Position numbers and translations under genes: made by a program. The notes under the pieces were generated by a model. The model saw nothing but the letters and a program-made list of their open reading frames with translations, was not told the DNA's origin and did not search any database. This document shows, one piece after another, positions 25,153 to 33,494 of a DNA stretch of 33,494 nucleotides. How positions within the stretch are numbered: position 1 is the first letter of the stretch; every line of letters begins with the position of its first letter. Source of the DNA: a virus (taxonomy: Duplodnaviria; Caudoviricetes). The DNA is taken from the IMG/VR virus record IMGVR_UViG_3300032288_003255, positions 1 through 33,494 of that record, one strand, 5' to 3'.

Positions 25153-28100
25153 TTAGTATCCTGTTCCGCTGCTGCCAGTACTAGATCCAGAACCTAATTT
25201 AGAAATTGTTACAGATGATACTGCAGAAGTCGATCTCGTGTTAGTGGTCAATCCAGTAGTGTTTGTAACCACGTTGCCGCTGGCTAGTAATTGATTGGCT
25301 CCGATAGCATCAATAATTACCACATCATCAACTGTGGCTCCATTAACAAAAATTTCATCTGCTGCTCCACTGATTTGGAACAATGAACCAAATCCCTGTC
25401 CTGCTTGATTTGGAACTATAACCACTGTTAGTAGATCAGGAGCAAGTTGAGTATGAATATAAGCTGCAAGCTCTGTAAAATAAAAAGTATCACCAAAATC
25501 AAAATTGTCCAGTGCAAAAAATTCGTTGATTGCTTGAATTACTCGAGTTTTAATCACGGCGTTGGTTACATTGGTTGATGCATTCTTGACCACTTTGAAT
25601 GTGGCTTGAAATTGCTCATCTGCTTGTATACCGAATAACACTTTATATTTTACAGGATGGAATACTAGTTGATCTGATAATGCTTTGATAGGATTAAGAC
25701 CAGCAGCATAACTGATTCTCAATTGGTCTGAAGTTGAAGGTAACGGTTTTTCTCCCCCTTGACTTAGCCAAGTTCTAAATAATTGATCATAGGTTCTTTC
25801 TAAAACATAAATGTCCATAATATTAGTCTGTGCAGGATCTATTCTTGTATTTTGACTAGCAGTATGTTTGTACAAAAATTCTATATTGCTTCTACCTTTT
25901 CTTGCAATATAATCTGTGGTGGTTTCTAAAGTTATAGATTCAGCATTAAATTGTTTGATAACATCTTCATCAACATCATAAAAATAAAATAATTGTCCAT
26001 CTTCGTATGCTCCAGGTAATACGATAGAAGATTCGTTTTGAGTCACAACGAAATTGCTGGCATCGTATGGTCTATATCTTTCAATGTCATTGTAACCTAA
26101 ATATTTTTCAAAAAATACAAATTTTGTACTAACGTTGACGTTGGGTTCCACAATAATATCAAAAATATCTGGATTATCTACTACTCCATCATCATCATCG
26201 TCATAAAATCCCACTTTGACTTTTCTATTGTCTTGATATCCGTCTGCTTCTTCCACTGTGTCCACAATCTGCCAATCAATCGGGAATCCTATGCCTAATC
26301 CTGTGCTGGGTACAGTGTTAGATTTTAATATTTTTACCACATCTTTAACTGTTTTTCCTGTGATATAATCATACACTCTGTCGGTTTTGTCAAAATAAAA
26401 TTTGTTATCTTGCTCGCTCTCAAAGATATAATTTAATCCTCTGTAGGTCACTGTGTATATGCTGCCATCTGTTGTGAATTTAAACCACCAGCTGGCATCT
26501 AAATTATTTTGTGATGTATCACCGGTATAGTCTAGAGAAAAATCATTATGACTGCTTAGGTTTACTCCTGTGATTACTCTCCATAACGAGTTTTCTTCAT
26601 CAAATCTCAATCCAAATTCTTCATAGGCTTCTATTCTATCTATGATATCTGTTTTTAATTCTGTGTCAAATATGGTTGTGAATGGAGGATACACGGCGCT
26701 GGCCACTGCGTTGTTTGGAATTATATCATTCAATGTGACTGGTCCTTGACCATTTTCTAAATTGCCTTCTCCCTGATTAGCGCCATCCAATACTACTCCT
26801 GCTATTTTTGCCCAAGCTCTGTCTTCTGCTAAATCTGTACCTAGAGTAACTAATTTTCCATTTAAAAATTCGCGAGTATCCGGAGATGTAAATTTAACCA
26901 AAGCTCCTACTTTAGCATATTTTAAATTACTTGTGGAATAATCTCCCAGAGTCAGTGGTCCGGCTCCATTGAAATATCCTGTATTAGTGTTGGTTCCTGT
27001 GGTAGTGCTGACCCAGCTGGCCGATAAGGCGCTTAAATCTTTGGTTCCATATTTTAAATAAAAAAATTGTCTCGAATATGCTTCTTTTAATTTTCCTTCG
27101 ACTAATCTATTAATAATATCTAATATTTCATTTCTGTTTGTGAATGTAAAAGTAAATTGTGGTATAGTTTCTTCTCTGTATAATATTCCGTCATCTGCAA
27201 ATACAGAAACATTACTGTAAGCACCTGTCGGATCAATAATTTCTCTTGATCTACTAACTCCGCTTGCTGTTCTATTGCTCGCTTTGAGTTTGATAATTTC
27301 TTGAGATGCTGCTAATGGTACCACATTGTAATCTTCTGCAGTGATCATTCTGTTTTGAGCATAGTACACTTGAGATGCTTTGGTCTTAATACTATCATTT
27401 GATTCTGATGCTGCTGAATTATAAACTGACTGTTGTAGAGCACAAGTCACCGTGAGTTGTTGTTCTCCACCAGCTTTGTCTAGATAAGGCACTACAAAAC
27501 TTATACCTTGCATGTCTGCTGATTGTATAGAATATTTGGCATTGTCGCTGGTTCTGTAATACAATCTAAAAGTTCCTAAAGGAATGTTAGAAAAATTTCC
27601 GTCCCCAAACACTAGATCAACGGTATCGTTGTTTTTAGTTGCAACATTATAAATGTCTCTCACATCAGATGCCAAACTATTGTATATCACGTTGCTGCCA
27701 GATAGGTCTGGTACCTTAGTCCATAATTTTTCTATTTGACCGAAATCGTCTAACTTGTATAACCAAAGGTCGGTGTTGTTAATATTATTGATTGTGATAG
27801 GTTGCACATAATTTGTAGTTGGTTGACTGATTGAAAATTCTGTGCTGCCTAAAGATCCCTGTTTAAACAGAACAAAAAATCCTGTGTTAGGACTGGTATC
27901 ACCTGCTCCATCTATTCTGTACATGTATGTAAAACCTGTTCCAGGAATAGGATCTTGCTCGTATATAGATTCTGAACTAGAAATAGTGGACGGAATTATT
28001 TCAAACTGTCTAGTAATTCCACTAACTGATCTATTAAAGACAAACACTGGAACATCGGTGTTGTTGGAATTTAATGTATAAACTTCTGTGGGTGTACCTC

Positions 28101-28638
28101 CAATTGAATCACTTTCTTTTGGTTTACCAAATTTCTGTCCATCTACATTAGCAGCATTCAACACTGTAATAAATTGCTCTCTATAGTTTGTATTAGAAGG
28201 ATCATTCCAAACAATTGTGGAATTTATTAAACTATTTCCACTGCTGTCTCTAACATCTTCAGATGTAGATATTGCAGTTATTTTTAAAAGTCCGGTAGCT
28301 GATAAATTTCTCTTGGGATTGTAATTGATCAATCTTGCTAATCTTAAAATACTGTTTCTTCTTTCTGCTGTTTCTAAAAAATTCTCTCTTGCATTTAGAT
28401 CCACTCGAAAACTCAAACTCTGAGCAATGTAAGCGATGAGATCTATCAGCGCTACATATTCTGAACTCTCAACAAAATCATTAAAATCATCTGGATAATT
28501 TTCTCTGAGATAGGCCACCATGGTTCTTCGTAGTGTTTCAAAGTCGTAAGATTTGAAATCTGCCTGTTGAAAAGCAGTGTAAATTTTGCGCCAATCTTCG
28601 GCTACAAGCAAGCGATTTTGTCTGTCAGTGATGGCCAT
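25153..28638 (-). CDS. Baseplate wedge subunit, T4 gp6 / baseplate J-like (1161 aa)
   Basis: DFETLR...FNDF.ESS...LIDLIAY...ENFLETAERRNSILRLARLINYNPKR N-terminus, LVFGDGNF and ESNDSIK...QNRMITAEDY motifs; follows gp25. Confidence 0.9.
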   Translation of the reverse strand: MAITDRQNRLLVAEDWRKIYTAFQQADFKSYDFETLRRTMVAYLRENYPDDFNDFVESSEYVALIDLIAYIAQSLSFRVDLNARENFLETAERRNSILRLARLINYNPKRNLSATGLLKITAISTSEDVRDSSGNSLINSTIVWNDPSNTNYREQFITVLNAANVDGQKFGKPKESDSIGGTPTEVYTLNSNNTDVPVFVFNRSVSGITRQFEIIPSTISSSESIYEQDPIPGTGFTYMYRIDGAGDTSPNTGFFVLFKQGSLGSTEFSISQPTTNYVQPITINNINNTDLWLYKLDDFGQIEKLWTKVPDLSGSNVIYNSLASDVRDIYNVATKNNDTVDLVFGDGNFSNIPLGTFRLYYRTSDNAKYSIQSADMQGISFVVPYLDKAGGEQQLTVTCALQQSVYNSAASESNDSIKTKASQVYYAQNRMITAEDYNVVPLAASQEIIKLKASNRTASGVSRSREIIDPTGAYSNVSVFADDGILYREETIPQFTFTFTNRNEILDIINRLVEGKLKEAYSRQFFYLKYGTKDLSALSASWVSTTTGTNTNTGYFNGAGPLTLGDYSTSNLKYAKVGALVKFTSPDTREFLNGKLVTLGTDLAEDRAWAKIAGVVLDGANQGEGNLENGQGPVTLNDIIPNNAVASAVYPPFTTIFDTELKTDIIDRIEAYEEFGLRFDEENSLWRVITGVNLSSHNDFSLDYTGDTSQNNLDASWWFKFTTDGSIYTVTYRGLNYIFESEQDNKFYFDKTDRVYDYITGKTVKDVVKILKSNTVPSTGLGIGFPIDWQIVDTVEEADGYQDNRKVKVGFYDDDDDGVVDNPDIFDIIVEPNVNVSTKFVFFEKYLGYNDIERYRPYDASNFVVTQNESSIVLPGAYEDGQLFYFYDVDEDVIKQFNAESITLETTTDYIARKGRSNIEFLYKHTASQNTRIDPAQTNIMDIYVLERTYDQLFRTWLSQGGEKPLPSTSDQLRISYAAGLNPIKALSDQLVFHPVKYKVLFGIQADEQFQATFKVVKNASTNVTNAVIKTRVIQAINEFFALDNFDFGDTFYFTELAAYIHTQLAPDLLTVVIVPNQAGQGFGSLFQISGAADEIFVNGATVDDVVIIDAIGANQLLASGNVVTNTTGLTTNTRSTSAVSSVTISKLGSGSSTGSSGTGY

Positions 28639-28652
28639 AGTTTAAACTATGG
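28635..28652. promoter_or_regulatory. Perfect 18-bp palindrome CCATAGTTTAAACTATGG covering the gp6 start codon
   Basis: Directly visible self-complementary sequence; the ATG (28638-28636) lies in its 3' arm on the coding strand. Confidence 0.7.
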
Positions 28653-28653
28653 A

Positions 28654-28696
28654 TATTTATTGATTTTATTATATGCGTAGATTAAGAAAGGCGCAA
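28654..28696 (-). promoter_or_regulatory. Tandem promoters before gp6: sigma70-like TTGCGC-N17-TATAAT and late-like AATAAATA
   Basis: TTGCGC at 28696-28691, 17-nt spacer, TATAAT at 28673-28668; AATAAATA at 28661-28654. Confidence 0.5.
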
Positions 28697-29092
28697 AGCA
28701 GCGTTTTCGTCGAAACTAAAGGTAAGTTTTTCAGTTATGTTGTAGGGTATGTAGGTAATAGTAGCCTGTACCGATATTCCGTGCTCTGATTCACTTACCA
28801 ATATTTCTCTAGTGCTCAATCTAGGATCAGCATTGAGATTTTGCGCAATATCGTCTGCTACTGCTTGTTTGGTTGCTTCTGTTAATGGTTCAAACAGCAC
28901 ATCATAGATAATAGTACCGAAATCAGGGTTTTCTACTCGTTCTCCTTTTCTTACACTTAATCGATTGATAAGATCCTGTTTGATCAATTCAAAATCATAC
29001 AATTTATAATTGCTTTTATCGGCTCGTGAGCTAAACCCTCTAAAGGTCTGCTGTCCGCCAGCTATAAAATTACTGTTGTCTCTTTCACTCAT
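28682..29092 (-). CDS. Baseplate wedge subunit / sheath initiator, T4 gp25 / GPW-like (136 aa)
   Basis: LIKQDLIN.L..RKGER..NPDFGTIIYD.LFEPL...DPR signature; size and position between gp5-like and gp6-like genes. Confidence 0.92.
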   Translation of the reverse strand: MSERDNSNFIAGGQQTFRGFSSRADKSNYKLYDFELIKQDLINRLSVRKGERVENPDFGTIIYDVLFEPLTEATKQAVADDIAQNLNADPRLSTREILVSESEHGISVQATITYIPYNITEKLTFSFDENAALRLS

Positions 29093-29094
29093 TT

Positions 29095-31323
29095 TTAAAA
29101 TCCAAATATTTTACCTATACTTCTGCCTACAGAAGCTATTGTAGAAGTTACCTGATTACCTATCATGCCTACCACGCTCCTAATCTGGGTTACCGACGTA
29201 ATGTTAGTACCCATTACAGATTTATAAATGTCATTCACAACATTTACTTGACCTGCTATGTTATTTACTTTACCTAAAGAACTCACACCTGGAGCAATGA
29301 TTCCTCCTATTTTATTAGTCACTCCTCCCAGTGCTTGATTTGCTACATTACCGGCTAAATTTTGTAGATTGTTCAATCCTCCCTGCACTCCTCCCAACAC
29401 ATTGCCTGCTGTGGAAAACACTCCTTTGCCTGAGCTTAAATCATTTATCACTCCTGTAACTGATCCTGTGATAGCTTGTGATAAATTGCCTGTCGTAAAC
29501 AATACTCCTCCTTGATTTACAAATATTTGGTCTTTTAATAAATTTAATGATCCTCCAGTAACTGATTCAACAGTTTGCTGAATGGTTGAGCTTACGCCTT
29601 CTGCTAAAGGTGATATGTTGAATGGTCCTGTTGTCGTTGCAGGAAATCTATCCAAATAAGTTTTAGCATAATCTTCTGCGGCTTGTGATAGAGCTTTTAC
29701 GTCAGTCACAGGAAGATCTAATTTTTTCATATGTACTGCTAAATCTGCTTGAAACTGTCCAATCCTACAAGTTGGATTATCACTGTCTCTGTTTAATTGT
29801 GCGAGGAATCCTACTGTGCCTGGTACGTTGCAGTCTGTATCATCTTCGGTGCCTGCAAATGACACAATATCATCCCAGTGTCCTGGAAATGGTTCATGTG
29901 TTGGAACTCGTTGTCCTGACATGGATACGTTTCCTGTAGGTGTCCATTCTAAAGGAGCATTGAATGCTTTTTTTGTCACATCTACATCTGGTTTGTCTTC
30001 TCTCAACGTTCCTGTACCGCTGAGATCATAGAATGGTGTCCTTTCATATGTGACTATCATATTTGGATTGGTATAGGTGCTATTGAAATGTACCTGTTCA
30101 CCAGTTAAATGATGCTGACCAGTTGCCATATGTAATTGAGACATGCCAGCATAGGATATAATCGATCCACTTATCGCTTTGTTAGTGAACGATCCTCCTG
30201 ACTGTATCTGTGTATCGGTATCAGAATAGGTCTGTATCAACCCGCCATCCAATACTAATTTCTGTATGGCGCTCATTTTTATTTGTCCTTTAGCAAACAT
30301 GTTAATATTATTATCGCTGTGTAAATCAATGTCACCCACTGACCTTATTGCAATAGTGTGTCCAGAATAGATATCAATACCCCCATTAGCGCTAAATTCC
30401 ATCCAAACATTGCCTGATGCATTCGCAAGATATATCACACCTTTAGTATCATGCATTAATAATTGATGACCACTGCTAGTTCTCAGTCTAATCAGTTCAT
30501 TATTACCTGCAGCATCACCATCATCCATCACGAATGTGTGACCTGCTTCTCTCACTACAGGTCTTTCAGGATTAGCGTCTGTGGGTCCTAATTTAAATTT
30601 CTTTTTGCTTTTTCTATCTACTCTTCCAGGAGTGCTAATTCCAAATACTGCACTAGGACTTTCTCTTCTAGCAGAACTAGTTGTAGTGCCACGCACTGTG
30701 TCTTTTATTAATCCCTGTCTTTTCAATGTATCAGCAAAAGGATGCACAGGCTTTTTAAGTTTATCAAGTCCTCCAACATTGCTTGCTGCGGTCCACGTGG
30801 TTCTATTAACTTCAGAAACAGGTACCTCTTTAGTTCCATATGTGCTTTCTACTGTTTCGTTAGAATCATCTGATCGTCCATCTGCTCCCAAAGCAGTGTG
30901 AGGACTAGCAGCGATACCTGGTATCATATGATTGGTGTAAGGATCCTGTACACAACCAAACCAAAAACCCTCTGATACTTTTCCTTCTACAAATATTACT
31001 AGCACTCTAGTGTCAATATCGGGTGGAACCATCCACATTCCATAACTGTGAGGACTGTCATCAAAGTCATAGGGACTGGTTTTAGTAGTAGCGCTGGGAC
31101 TCTTAGCGCCATAAAAAGGTGTTAAATATTTTACGTCATATAGCATATCAGAAGGACCTTCATCTGTACCTGACAAGCTAGGAATCATTACTTTTAATCC
31201 TCCCATTCTGGTAGGATCTACATTGTCTTTGACAATGCCTATGTATGGACCCGGATTGATCTCAGTATACTGAGTGGTCCTAAACTGTTTATTGGGTGTT
31301 GATGCGTCTCCGTATATAGTCAT
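29095..31323 (-). CDS. Baseplate central spike, gp5/VgrG-like (OB-fold plus beta-helix) with a non-enzymatic-looking C-terminal extension
   Basis: YIGIVKDNVDPTRMGGLKV, YGMWMVPPDIDTRVLVIF.EG...FWFGC OB-fold motifs; GHTFVMDD and LRTSSGHQLLMHD repeats; RVPTHEPFPGH. Confidence 0.88.
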   Translation of the reverse strand: MTIYGDASTPNKQFRTTQYTEINPGPYIGIVKDNVDPTRMGGLKVMIPSLSGTDEGPSDMLYDVKYLTPFYGAKSPSATTKTSPYDFDDSPHSYGMWMVPPDIDTRVLVIFVEGKVSEGFWFGCVQDPYTNHMIPGIAASPHTALGADGRSDDSNETVESTYGTKEVPVSEVNRTTWTAASNVGGLDKLKKPVHPFADTLKRQGLIKDTVRGTTTSSARRESPSAVFGISTPGRVDRKSKKKFKLGPTDANPERPVVREAGHTFVMDDGDAAGNNELIRLRTSSGHQLLMHDTKGVIYLANASGNVWMEFSANGGIDIYSGHTIAIRSVGDIDLHSDNNINMFAKGQIKMSAIQKLVLDGGLIQTYSDTDTQIQSGGSFTNKAISGSIISYAGMSQLHMATGQHHLTGEQVHFNSTYTNPNMIVTYERTPFYDLSGTGTLREDKPDVDVTKKAFNAPLEWTPTGNVSMSGQRVPTHEPFPGHWDDIVSFAGTEDDTDCNVPGTVGFLAQLNRDSDNPTCRIGQFQADLAVHMKKLDLPVTDVKALSQAAEDYAKTYLDRFPATTTGPFNISPLAEGVSSTIQQTVESVTGGSLNLLKDQIFVNQGGVLFTTGNLSQAITGSVTGVINDLSSGKGVFSTAGNVLGGVQGGLNNLQNLAGNVANQALGGVTNKIGGIIAPGVSSLGKVNNIAGQVNVVNDIYKSVMGTNITSVTQIRSVVGMIGNQVTSTIASVGRSIGKIFGF

Positions 31324-31329
31324 ATGTTT

Positions 31330-33462
31330 TTAATTAGTAAATCCTTCTGTATCTGAAATATTAGGTGATACAGTAATGTCTTTCGGTTTTGCATTTGCTT
31401 TATCAAATTGTTTATTCAACTCTTGCAATGTGCTAACCGCCGTCATTTGTTTTCCTTGGTTATTAAATCTTACCAAATCCAATACTTGTGTAAATTTTCC
31501 ACTGTCAAAAATGCTTTCTACTTGTGCTACTTTATATAATCCACTAAAAACAATGTTCTCTAAATTTTTAAAATTCATCACGCTCTTTTTTTCATCTATG
31601 TCTGTAGGGAATCTAAAATCCAATGTAACAAACGGCTCTGCTTGATCGTAGTTAAAACAGCCTAACTCTTCGTCCCAAGCCTTGCCATCGAATGTAGATG
31701 TGACTGTGGTAGATTTGCTTGTACTGCCTTTAGATTCGTTGGGCAGTGCAAAATCTTGTCCTATGAAAGCAGGATCTCCCAGTATAGTCATTTGTACATT
31801 GACCATGTCTCCCATGGGCGCTGTTAGATATTCATAAAATTCATCTACCTGAGTTGTGCTTGGACTTTTACCCGAAGAAGGATCAGCTGATTTAGTGTAA
31901 GAAGGGTATCTGCGTAGTGGCAACAGCGGTTCTGGTTGACTTTGAACTACAGATCCAAATTTTTGATAAAGATCTTGCCAGGAAAGATCTTTAACATCTC
32001 TACCTGTTTTTGAACCATCGGCTCCTGTACCGTCAACTAATGCTGCTTGAAAGTATCCAAATTTATAATTTATTTTTAGATCCAATATGTCGTGATTATC
32101 TCCGGTGTATATATAATTGTATCTCTTTTTCACAGTCTTTCCCCATAATGGTGAAGCACTCAATCCTGGCAATGTAAAATTCATCACATGCACCGCATAT
32201 GGTATCACTGTAAAAGTGATTGTTTTTGGATGCATGCCTGTTCTTCTGTCAAATTCTGCAGTATTTGTTTCCACGTTGGTCACAACCTTGAACCACGGCA
32301 CGTAGGGTTCTTTTGTTTGTGTTTCTGTTTGAGCTTCTGTCTGCTTGTATTTGGCTTCTTGTTGTTCTCCTATTTCTATCCAATATTTTTTAACTATATC
32401 AGTTATGTTTCTAAAACTATCAGCTTTTTGCACGCAGTCAGAAATCACCTTGGCTATACTTTCGTTGGGCCTCACGCTGACTGGAAATTTGGTCCCTGTC
32501 AAATTTGAAAGATTAAAGTTCCAGGCTTTGCTGTTGGTCACTGGAATATTGTTCTCAATTTTTATTACGTAGGTGTCTTTTTTGTCTCTTAATTTTTTTT
32601 CTATCTCCACGTCCTGCATTTTATTGAGAACTGCTGACAATTTATCCATGGCTTCAACCAAGGTGCCTCCTCTTTCCACGTTGCCAAAAATATTACCCGA
32701 TCCCCTGATGTACAGATATCTGTCCGTCATGGCAAATTCCGTCCACGGCACAGCAGTTATTGTGTAAATTGTGCCTCCTGCATTGATCTCCATCTCTGCA
32801 TTGGTGATTTTAATTGGTAAAACTCTCTTGGTTATAAGTTTTAGTGGATTGCCTATGTTGTCATATCCTCTAAATTCCAATGTCAAGAGATAAGGTGCAT
32901 CTACGTGATCTAAAAATTTGTTATTGAAAGCAGCAGCTTTCATTTTTTCAAAAAGTGTAACACCATATGGTTCGTGCATGATCATTTCTATCTTAGTAAA
33001 ATTCATCATCTTCCTTTGTTCGTTAGGTCGATGCACTGCATTTATAGATACTTTTTCAAAAAATATATCATGTCCCCTTCTTAAGATTTCGTCCGATTTT
33101 TCTCTGGACTTGATATAACCATCCTTGTGTTTGAAATCACTGTACACTGTGCCGTTGTCTTCGTTGTCTACTGTTGACTTGGCTGAGTTTGCTACTCCTT
33201 CTCTGTTGAATTCTGAAAATTTTCCTTCTGGACCTATGCCAGAACTCTTAGCAATAACATCGTGTGGTGATTCCTTTTTTATTTTTTCAGGCTTTCTAAG
33301 ATCATCTTGTGACAATGCCGACAACGTCCATACATAGTTGTAGGAAGCATACTGATGCAGTCTGTTTGGTTCTGCTGTGTCTTCTTTTTGAGAACTTTTA
33401 TTGATAGTCTTGCCTGTGTATGCCAAATCATTGTACAAGGCATTTAAGTCTATTGTTGCCAT
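31330..33462 (-). CDS. Probable baseplate hub protein (gp27 / phage late control D-like, 710 aa)
   Basis: C-terminal MTILGDP and FSGLYKVAQVESIFDSGKFTQVLDLVR resemble hub-protein C-termini; lies immediately upstream of the gp5-like gene. Confidence 0.65.
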   Translation of the reverse strand: MATIDLNALYNDLAYTGKTINKSSQKEDTAEPNRLHQYASYNYVWTLSALSQDDLRKPEKIKKESPHDVIAKSSGIGPEGKFSEFNREGVANSAKSTVDNEDNGTVYSDFKHKDGYIKSREKSDEILRRGHDIFFEKVSINAVHRPNEQRKMMNFTKIEMIMHEPYGVTLFEKMKAAAFNNKFLDHVDAPYLLTLEFRGYDNIGNPLKLITKRVLPIKITNAEMEINAGGTIYTITAVPWTEFAMTDRYLYIRGSGNIFGNVERGGTLVEAMDKLSAVLNKMQDVEIEKKLRDKKDTYVIKIENNIPVTNSKAWNFNLSNLTGTKFPVSVRPNESIAKVISDCVQKADSFRNITDIVKKYWIEIGEQQEAKYKQTEAQTETQTKEPYVPWFKVVTNVETNTAEFDRRTGMHPKTITFTVIPYAVHVMNFTLPGLSASPLWGKTVKKRYNYIYTGDNHDILDLKINYKFGYFQAALVDGTGADGSKTGRDVKDLSWQDLYQKFGSVVQSQPEPLLPLRRYPSYTKSADPSSGKSPSTTQVDEFYEYLTAPMGDMVNVQMTILGDPAFIGQDFALPNESKGSTSKSTTVTSTFDGKAWDEELGCFNYDQAEPFVTLDFRFPTDIDEKKSVMNFKNLENIVFSGLYKVAQVESIFDSGKFTQVLDLVRFNNQGKQMTAVSTLQELNKQFDKANAKPKDITVSPNISDTEGFTN

Positions 33463-33464
33463 TT

Positions 33465-33494
33465 TTATATGCCTAGATCATTTTTTAGATTGCT
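33465..33494 (-). CDS. 3' end of an upstream gene (...SNLKNDLGI*), by position possibly a gp53-like baseplate protein
   Basis: Open frame from the window edge to TAA at 33467-33465, 2 nt before the hub ATG. Only 9 codons are visible, so identity is inferred from gene order. Confidence 0.35.
   Translation of the reverse strand, partial: SNLKNDLGI

Noticed and set aside
9330-33337. Numerous 60-180 aa plus-strand and alternative-frame ORFs inside structural genes
   Set aside because: They are nested in or overlap long, motif-supported minus-strand genes and are expected from codon bias on the antisense strand.
1-33494. Stop-codon reassignment as seen in some large phages
   Set aside because: Genes are full-length and tightly packed under the standard code, and TAA, TGA and TAG all appear as plausible stops.

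Overview
AT-rich bacteriophage DNA containing the baseplate and tail-fibre module of a large contractile-tailed (T4-superfamily-like, probably jumbo) phage, read mostly on the minus strand in the standard genetic code. From right to left: end of a probable gp53-like gene, hub protein (710 aa), gp5/VgrG-like spike (742 aa, no visible lysozyme), gp25, gp6 wedge (1161 aa), a 4647-aa multidomain baseplate protein, a conserved 221-aa virion protein, fibre A (407 aa), a 316-aa and a 162-aa protein, fibre B (504 aa, paralogue of fibre A), a Gly-rich protein and a 275-aa protein. Between the two fibre paralogues sits a five-gene cassette on the opposite strand: radical SAM/Twitch, QueC-like with an altered PP-loop, GNAT-like, and two DxD glycosyltransferases. 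It has its own sigma70-type promoter placed for a leaderless transcript. The best candidate new system is this cassette acting as a virion-protein decoration pathway, possibly on the D-(G/D/E)?-S-(T/S) motifs seen repeatedly in the giant protein. A second candidate is a paired Cys-initiated C-terminal domain (ICT...GY..WA, CFI-box-CTERM-like) shared by the last two complete genes. A T4-style hairpin/late-promoter switch appears to cover the gp6 start codon. No tRNA, rRNA, CRISPR array, integrase, transposase or reverse transcriptase was seen. All product calls come from motif recognition by eye, not database searches.
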